From Campylobacterota bacterium (GTDB lineage: Bacteria; Campylobacterota; Campylobacteria; Campylobacterales; Sulfurovaceae), in the NCBI GenBank assembly GCA_034722955.1, contig JAYEOM010000104.1, positions 1-25,103 on the forward strand: a DNA stretch of 25,103 bases. Reading direction: 5' to 3'. Below, one piece after another: positions 18,683 through 25,103 of this stretch. A program made the translations under genes and the position numbers. Position 1 is the first letter of the stretch. Each line of letters starts with the position of its first letter. The notes under the pieces are model-generated. The model had not been told where the DNA came from. It saw nothing but the letters and a program-made list of their open reading frames with translations, and ran no database searches.

Positions 18683-18834
18683 TTGACTCTCTACATATAT
18701 AGTGAGATTGAACATTGGCCACTTGAGTAACTCTAGTTGTGCTACAGCAGGCACTTCACAAAGTAGAAGAGTTAGCAATAAGCAGTGGAATGCTTTTTGG
18801 CACACAAATATGATACATCGATTGTAACTACATA

Positions 18835-19239
18835 TCAACTCAATACTATCATAGTCACTTGGCTAGGTGTTATGCAAGCACCAGCACAGTTCATCATCTC
18901 TCCGTTTTGTCCTGTTTCGCTCGTCAATCGTACCGCAGGGGCTCCCTGGAGAAAGAGTGTCTCACTCCCCAAGATATAGCGAGTAGGCCCCATAATCATA
19001 CCCGAGACTACACCTAGGTTGACCCCTGCTTCATCACCATTGCTCAGAGCTATCTCACTGAGTAGATTGAGAGCAGGGGTTCCATCTACGAGTATAGTCA
19101 TAGCGGTAGTAGGGGGGAGTGTGGTAGTCGTGAGAGATATATTTGGATAGGGGATAGGTACGGGGCCAGCGGGGGTAGGGGTGAGGCATACATCGGGTAG
19201 TGCCATATTCATAGCGTTGTTCATAGTAAGTTGAAACAT
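18835..19239 (-). CDS. PAAR-like DUF4150 spike-tip protein (TagD-like)
   Basis: PDVCLTPTPAGPVPIPYPN, SNGDEAG and PSQ motifs; no C-terminal toxin extension. Confidence 0.9.
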   Translation of the reverse strand: MFQLTMNNAMNMALPDVCLTPTPAGPVPIPYPNISLTTTTLPPTTAMTILVDGTPALNLLSEIALSNGDEAGVNLGVVSGMIMGPTRYILGSETLFLQGAPAVRLTSETGQNGEMMNCAGACITPSQVTMIVLS

Positions 19240-19248
19240 AACAATCCT

Positions 19249-19848
19249 TTATGCTATATTGATTTGTGCAGCATCTATCTTCACCTGTCCCTCGGCTGTG
19301 GTGATGCTCTCTTGGACTTGGTGTATATCACTGCCATTGACTACTCTACGACTAGAGCCACTCTGATGCTCTTCATGTGACTCTACAGAGGTGATCAGAG
19401 TTTTGTGTCTGCTCGTCACACGCTCTATGAATCCTTGGTAGCTAGTGGCGATGGTGTTGAGGGCTTTGGATTTGAGTGTCACTACCTTTGCGAGGAGGCT
19501 TACTTTGGGGATGACCATAGTGGCATTTTGTGCAAAAGCATTGAGTGACTCTTGGGCATTGAGGGTGATGTCACCACTGCTACTCTGGATAGAGAGACTC
19601 TGCTCTGTGACTATCTCTAGTGGAGCATCTGTAGCTTGCTCCAATATAGCGATGATATAGACATCTTCGCCATCTATACAGAGCAGTACTTTGTCACCAA
19701 TATTTGGTTCAACGAGACAACTGGTTGCTTTTTTTGCTTGGAGTGATACTTGCTTGTTTTGTACGACAATGCTCTCTTGGTTTCTCTCTTTGACTCTAGC
19801 ATTGACTATACTATTTTGGGGCATGACACTGGACATGAGGCTATTCAT
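19249..19848 (-). CDS. DUF3540 protein (TagC-like)
   Basis: AKKATSCLVEPNIGDKVL...YIIAILE and a C-terminal VKIDAAQINIA. Confidence 0.88.
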   Translation of the reverse strand: MNSLMSSVMPQNSIVNARVKERNQESIVVQNKQVSLQAKKATSCLVEPNIGDKVLLCIDGEDVYIIAILEQATDAPLEIVTEQSLSIQSSSGDITLNAQESLNAFAQNATMVIPKVSLLAKVVTLKSKALNTIATSYQGFIERVTSRHKTLITSVESHEEHQSGSSRRVVNGSDIHQVQESITTAEGQVKIDAAQINIA

Positions 19849-20923
19849 GGATATCTCCTTGGTAGATGGTTTGTGGGGGTTGGAATGTTTCTGCTTCGAG
19901 CAGGTCTGGGTCTGTGTAGCGTAGTGCGAAGCAGTTGGCTCGACTCAGCTCTGTATCTCTCAACTCCAGCTGATGTACTAAAGCATGTGAGAGATTTAGA
20001 TTTTGCAGGTAGACTCTATCGAAAGTCGCATGAGAAAAGTTGGCATACTTTGCATTGGCTCTTTGGAAATTTGTCTCTTCGCAGAGTACAGAGACGAAAT
20101 AGCCCTGTTCGATATTTGCATTTTCGAAAATCGTATGCTCTAGAGCTGCACTCTCGAAGTTACTCTGATAGAGATTGGCTCTAGTGAAATCTGCTGACTT
20201 TAGCTTCGCCTCCATAAAGATAGTATTGTTCGCTTTTACATCTCTCAAGGAGCAATACTCCAAGTTGCATCTATAGAAGTTGCTTTGTGTTAGATCCGCA
20301 GTATCAAAGTTGCTTCTGCTGAGGTCAGAGCCATTGAACTGTACCATATTGAGTGTAGCATTTTGAAAATCTTGCTCCACTAATGCACACTCCATCAGTA
20401 CGACTTTTACGAGATCTGTTTTGAGAAACTTCGTGCCATCCATCTCACTTTTGAAAAATGTTGTTGAGAGTAGGTGACACTCTCTAAAGAGAGAGTTTTT
20501 GATTTCGCACTGTGAAAATGTACTCTTCTTTGCAGAGATTTTACTGAACTTCACTTCATTGAGTTTGCATTGTGCGAAGGTAGCTTGTGCTAAGTTTGCC
20601 TCCCCAAAATCACACTGGCTAAAGTCTATCAAGTTAAATGTACACTTCGAGAGATCGCTAGCTATGAATGAACAGTTCTTGAGAGAGATATTTTGCCACA
20701 TGAGTTTCTCAAAATCTATAGCATTGAAGTTGACCCTCTCAAAAGAGCATCCCCTAAACCCTGTCTTGGCTATTTGGGATGCAGTGAAATCGACATCCAT
20801 AAATGCCACAGACTCAAAGCGAACACCTCGTAAATCCATATGGCTCAAGTCCAAATCTTGTAGAGTAGAGTCCGTTATGGTCTCATCTGCTTTGATAAGT
20901 TTGATCAATTCATCTTTTGTCAT
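19841..20923 (-). CDS. Pentapeptide-repeat protein (TagB-like)
   Basis: Continuous A(D/N)(L/F)xx repeats over about 340 aa. Confidence 0.92.
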   Translation of the reverse strand: MTKDELIKLIKADETITDSTLQDLDLSHMDLRGVRFESVAFMDVDFTASQIAKTGFRGCSFERVNFNAIDFEKLMWQNISLKNCSFIASDLSKCTFNLIDFSQCDFGEANLAQATFAQCKLNEVKFSKISAKKSTFSQCEIKNSLFRECHLLSTTFFKSEMDGTKFLKTDLVKVVLMECALVEQDFQNATLNMVQFNGSDLSRSNFDTADLTQSNFYRCNLEYCSLRDVKANNTIFMEAKLKSADFTRANLYQSNFESAALEHTIFENANIEQGYFVSVLCEETNFQRANAKYANFSHATFDRVYLQNLNLSHALVHQLELRDTELSRANCFALRYTDPDLLEAETFQPPQTIYQGDIHE

Positions 20924-23900
20924 CTATTAGCTCCACTCTATCTTCTAGGTTACTCTTTTTGAGGTTTGCACTTGAGAAATCCACTTCAGAGAGTTTGGTT
21001 TTATAGAGCTCAACGGCATAGAGATTACTATGAGAAAAGTCACACTTTTGCATATCCATCCTCCTGAGTGAGCCTTTCAATAGGTTGATCCCCGCAAATG
21101 AGCTCTGCACAAAGCTACTATATTCAAAACGACTCTGCTTTGCAACGACTCCTCTAAAGTCACATCGCTCTATCTGAGATTTTTCGATGAGTGATCTACT
21201 GAGCGAGCTTTTTTGTAGATTGCACCCATTGAGTGAGACTTGACTCATAGTAGTATTATCCATATGGCAGAGACTCAGATCACAGTGGCTCAATGCACTC
21301 TCTTTGAGCATTCGTGTATTTATGAGCGTACTTTGAGAAAAATCACAATCATCTACCTTTGATTTGTTGAAGAGCATACCTTTCGCCTCTATAGATAGAA
21401 GTTTGCAACTGCTCATAGTTGATTCACTCAAGAGTGTCTTATCCATCTTTGCGTTGGAGAGAGAGCTAGCTATTATGGATGATTTCAAGAAAGTAGCATT
21501 GGAGAGATCTGATGTATCAAAAAGAGTCTCCTCTATAGTCAGCTCTTTAAAAACAACACCCTCCAAACTAGATGCCATAAATCGACTCTTTTTAATGATA
21601 GCTTTCTCAAAAAGAGCCTTTTTCGCTGAAAAATTATTGAAAAGAGTTTCATCAAAAATAGACTCATTAAATATCGCCTGTGATGCTTTGGCTCTACTTA
21701 GGTCTGTTTGTGTGAAATCTGTTTGGCTACAGTTGGCTTGTGTCAAATCTATACCACTGAGATCAAGTCTACTTAGGTCGAGTCCTGAGAGATTTTTTTT
21801 CGCAAAAGATTTGCCTTGGGCATGGAGTTTGATGACCAGTTCTCTCGTGAGATCTGTAGGGTGGGGGTCATCTGGGTCTATGCCTGCTTTTTTCATCATA
21901 TCTTTCGCCCAAGGTGGGATAGGGTCTTTTGCTCTCTCTTTGGCTAGGGCTATCTTCTTCATCCCCTCTGCATACATATTTTCACTCTTTTGTGTGAGTG
22001 CTAGCATCTCCTCTTTTGCTTTTTGGAGTTTAGCTATTTGCTCTTTGAGGTCTATAGTGTTGCGAGCATCTTTTCTCTTGAGCTTTGCTATTGCTTTGTC
22101 GAAATGTTCTGATACCTCTGAGGCTTGGATGAAAGCACTAGCTTCTCTATTGGCTGGTATCTCTATAGGGTCAAGCCCCCGTTTTGCCAATGCTTCATTG
22201 GCTTTGGCTAGTGCTGCATCTTGTTGGCTCTGCATCTCTTTTTTGAGAGTCTCTCCTTTGGCTGTCAGCTCTAGCTTTACTTTACTCATTATGGCTTTTG
22301 CTTGGGTATTGATAGCTTTGGCAGATATATCTCGCTCTATTGCTAGGGAGTTTCGCATATCTTTGGACTCTGTCGTAGTTTTGGGTAAGTTTTGGATGAT
22401 CTGCTCTCTTATCTCTCCACCATTTTGCTGGAGTTCAAACAGGTTGCTATACTCAGCACAATCAAACTGCTTGGCATTAGGTAGTTTCTCTATCGTACCA
22501 TTCTCTTGGAGATAGAAAACTACAGATGCTTCTTCTAGTGCTTGCTTCGCACTCTCTCCCACAGAGGAGATATCATCACACACTAGGCTATTGCATATAT
22601 CAAACGCCTCTTGGTCACAGAGATACGCCTCTCTCTCATCTGTGAAGTAAAAGAGTGGGAAGTTATAGTTCCCTTCACTCAAAAAGAGCTCATAGCCCTC
22701 ATCAGAGCCGAGAACGAGCGTCTCTGCAATGCGTAGAGATTTGAGAGTCGCTTCCTCAAATCGGGCTCTTAGCAATCCTTTGGCTAGGGTGATATCCTCT
22801 GCACTCTCTAGCTTCCACTCACTCGCTTTGATAGTTTTGGCTGTGGGGTTATAGCCTAGCCAAGAGCGTTTGATAGTTCTCTGTGCCAAGCCCAAGTGAT
22901 GGAGTTTGTGTAACTCCTCAGGCTCTTGCTCCAGTCTCTTGACGCAGTCACAGAGAAACTCAAAAGCGTAGTCACTCCATACCTTCTCTTTGGGTTCTAG
23001 GGAGCTAGTATCTATCTGCTCTCTCATCGCCTCTGTGAGCTTTGGGTTCTCTTTGATTTTCTCTATCTCCTTGAGGGCATCTGCTCTCATAGTCTCTACA
23101 TCAGCAAGACTCTTCTCTATGGAGCTTGTAGCGTCAGTGAGTTTTGTTTTTGATGCAAGCAGCTTCTCCTTGGCACTCTCTAGTGCTGTGAAGTCTACCT
23201 TGTTGATATGTCCAAACTTCTCTTTCATATCTCGTAGTTTCAGTTTGGAGCTCTCTAGACGAGCGAGAGCATCATCTATCTGCTTGTGTGATTGTGCCAA
23301 CTTCTCTGCTGGGGTTCTCCTGAGGCTGGGTCGTTTGCCTTGGGATTTGGCTACAGACTCTTTGATCTGACGAGGGATATCAAAGATCTCCTTTTTTGCT
23401 TCGGCTATCTTGGCATTTGCCTCTTCAAAAGGGCTATTGTCGATCTCTACACTCTTGTCGAGTTCTCTCTTCTGTAGCTCATAATACTCCTCAAGCGTTT
23501 TGAGAGGTGCATCGGGCTCTATGGCTTTGAGGTTGAGATATCGGATATCACTATATACCTCATCTGCTACAGCTATCGTACCTCGGAAGATGACGATACC
23601 CCTCTCTATCTCAGGAAAGAGCCAGAGCGTATCTCTGCGGAGTGTGACCTCTAGGAACTCCTCCTGTTTATCTTTTTGTTTATTGTTTGGGGCTGATTTG
23701 GTAGCAAAACATCGTAGAGAGATCGTAGGTATTTTTGAGCTGATATGAGTATGCTTGGGGTGCATATTGACTAGCTCTATAGCCTCTCCTCCCTCAAAAA
23801 ACTGCTCCAACTGTTGATCAGCTGGTGCTAGATTGAAAAATGAATAATCCATATCCGAGGCAAATCCTGGCCATAGCTCTCGCTTCCACTCTGCATCATA

Positions 23901-24422
23901 AGTACCAAGTTTTTCCATATTTGTTTGGCGAAACATATCTAGTGGCATGAAGCCAGCAGGTACTTTCGTTTCTCCTCTATCAGTCGTGAGCTTGTGTGGC
24001 TCCTCTATCTGTGGGAGATGATACTCATCGGGAGGGAGAGCATGGGCATAATCGAGTGGGATTTTTCTAAAGGGCAGAGCTTCGCTAATGCGACCGAGTC
24101 TCCACTCTCTTTGACCAAAGATATAGAGCTCTTTCTCTATCTCTCCTACTTTGAGTTTGACATGGGATGCTCCCTCATTTGGCAGAGGATTGTGGCAAGA
24201 GCCACAGAGTAGTACCTCTGCTTTTGGTTTGGGCATAGCGTAGTCTAGGATAGTTTTGCCCAACTGCTCCGTACTCTCTCTGTACATCGCCTGCTCTTCT
24301 AGTAGAGCATCAGGGTTGTTGAGGTCGAAGTAGCAGAGGGCAGAGATACTGAGGTAGTCTTGGTTGTCCAATAAAAAGCTCTTTAAGAGGAGGGAGGTTT
24401 TTGTATCTTTGATTGTTTTCAT
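20910..24422 (-). CDS. DUF2169 T6SS adaptor fused to a central region and C-terminal pentapeptide repeats (TagAB-like)
   Basis: N-terminal PKPKAEVLLCG, GTYDAEW...P...D..FFNLAP.DQ and DTLWLFP motifs; the last ~300 aa are pentapeptide repeats. Confidence 0.9.
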   Translation of the reverse strand: MKTIKDTKTSLLLKSFLLDNQDYLSISALCYFDLNNPDALLEEQAMYRESTEQLGKTILDYAMPKPKAEVLLCGSCHNPLPNEGASHVKLKVGEIEKELYIFGQREWRLGRISEALPFRKIPLDYAHALPPDEYHLPQIEEPHKLTTDRGETKVPAGFMPLDMFRQTNMEKLGTYDAEWKRELWPGFASDMDYSFFNLAPADQQLEQFFEGGEAIELVNMHPKHTHISSKIPTISLRCFATKSAPNNKQKDKQEEFLEVTLRRDTLWLFPEIERGIVIFRGTIAVADEVYSDIRYLNLKAIEPDAPLKTLEEYYELQKRELDKSVEIDNSPFEEANAKIAEAKKEIFDIPRQIKESVAKSQGKRPSLRRTPAEKLAQSHKQIDDALARLESSKLKLRDMKEKFGHINKVDFTALESAKEKLLASKTKLTDATSSIEKSLADVETMRADALKEIEKIKENPKLTEAMREQIDTSSLEPKEKVWSDYAFEFLCDCVKRLEQEPEELHKLHHLGLAQRTIKRSWLGYNPTAKTIKASEWKLESAEDITLAKGLLRARFEEATLKSLRIAETLVLGSDEGYELFLSEGNYNFPLFYFTDEREAYLCDQEAFDICNSLVCDDISSVGESAKQALEEASVVFYLQENGTIEKLPNAKQFDCAEYSNLFELQQNGGEIREQIIQNLPKTTTESKDMRNSLAIERDISAKAINTQAKAIMSKVKLELTAKGETLKKEMQSQQDAALAKANEALAKRGLDPIEIPANREASAFIQASEVSEHFDKAIAKLKRKDARNTIDLKEQIAKLQKAKEEMLALTQKSENMYAEGMKKIALAKERAKDPIPPWAKDMMKKAGIDPDDPHPTDLTRELVIKLHAQGKSFAKKNLSGLDLSRLDLSGIDLTQANCSQTDFTQTDLSRAKASQAIFNESIFDETLFNNFSAKKALFEKAIIKKSRFMASSLEGVVFKELTIEETLFDTSDLSNATFLKSSIIASSLSNAKMDKTLLSESTMSSCKLLSIEAKGMLFNKSKVDDCDFSQSTLINTRMLKESALSHCDLSLCHMDNTTMSQVSLNGCNLQKSSLSRSLIEKSQIERCDFRGVVAKQSRFEYSSFVQSSFAGINLLKGSLRRMDMQKCDFSHSNLYAVELYKTKLSEVDFSSANLKKSNLEDRVELIDDKR

Positions 24423-24433
24423 CTTCTAGATTC

Positions 24434-25103
24434 TCAATTGATAACATGAAGATCATCAGTTTGAATACGAAGTGCTGAAGTACTGACCGTCGTTTCAACT
24501 TCTTCATTATCAAGGTTGGCTATAGTACTTACAGCATCAAAAGTATTGACTTGTGTCACTATATTATTTATATCCTCTTCAATATTATTGAGATTAGTTT
24601 CTATAGTTGCTATTTTAGTTCCAACAACACGAGTGATACTTTGGTCTATTGCTGACACATCATTTCGAACACCAATGGCAGTTTCAATAGCTAACACCTT
24701 GTTGGAAATAACATCCGTACTATTTTCTATAGAATCTACTTTATCTCCAATTATATTTGAACCTTGTACTGTAATTGCCCGTTCAACAACCCCAATTCTT
24801 GTGGAATCCTCTGTTACACTTGTCTCAACCTCTTCTAGCCTCTTTGATTCAGGTGTTATGACAGTTACACCCTCTGTAGCGATCTCCCATCCCCAAGCAG
24901 CTGTGAATTCAAACGAACCTGCGAACTTAAACTCTTGTTTCAGTCCTACCATAATACCTAGAGACTCACCAAGGAAAAAATCCTCTTTCAGTCCACCGAC
25001 AGTATTGTCCCAAGAACCTGATAAAAATTTAAACGGCCCTTTGGAGTAGTAGGCGATTCCCCCTTCACCAGCTTCATAGTTCTCTTTGTTCCAGCCCTTT
25101 TCT
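24434..25103 (-). CDS. C-terminal part of a probable VgrG/TssI spike protein (5' end outside the window)
   Basis: The frame of ORF 24434-24952 stays open to the window edge (EKGWNKENYEAGEGGIAYYSKG...). VgrG identity is inferred only from its position directly upstream of DUF2169-pentapeptide-DUF3540-DUF4150. Confidence 0.55.
   Translation of the reverse strand, partial: EKGWNKENYEAGEGGIAYYSKGPFKFLSGSWDNTVGGLKEDFFLGESLGIMVGLKQEFKFAGSFEFTAAWGWEIATEGVTVITPESKRLEEVETSVTEDSTRIGVVERAITVQGSNIIGDKVDSIENSTDVISNKVLAIETAIGVRNDVSAIDQSITRVVGTKIATIETNLNNIEEDINNIVTQVNTFDAVSTIANLDNEEVETTVSTSALRIQTDDLHVIN

Noticed and set aside
18683..18834. Possible transposase tail (QALHKV...SNKQWNAFW) or small ORFs between the membrane protein and DUF4150
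   Set aside because: Needs a frameshift and rests on a few residues, and no element ends were seen.
21364..22515. 383-aa plus-strand ORF and other plus ORFs in the T6SS module
   Set aside because: Antisense shadows of the DUF2169-pentapeptide gene, with Ser/Leu/Phe-rich composition mirroring the coding strand.

Overview
The window looks like Campylobacterota DNA, probably Sulfurovum-like; this is inferred from ribosomal protein sequences and gene order. It has four parts. (1) 1-3300: a dismantled CRISPR-Cas locus, probably type I-B, with broken cas2, cas4 and a probable cas8b stub. Two intact type II toxin-antitoxin pairs (GNAT and PIN) are interleaved with it. The locus is cut next to copies of a GGG(G)TCAGG motif that belongs to a RAYT/Y1 HUH transposase, whose N-terminal part (minus strand) and C-terminal HTH (plus strand) point in opposite directions. 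(2) 3370-4650: SRP RNA (ffs) and an AAA_14-type ATPase. (3) 4802-15432: the S10-spc ribosomal protein cluster through secY, map and infA, followed by mltB, yaaA and a membrane protein. (4) 18835-25103: a Burkholderia T6SS-5-like spike/tip module, consisting of a probable VgrG C-terminus, DUF2169-pentapeptide, pentapeptide, DUF3540 and DUF4150 PAAR-like genes. Its DUF2169 protein carries what looks like a catalytically dead primase/TOPRIM domain. All family calls come from motif recognition by eye; no searches were run.
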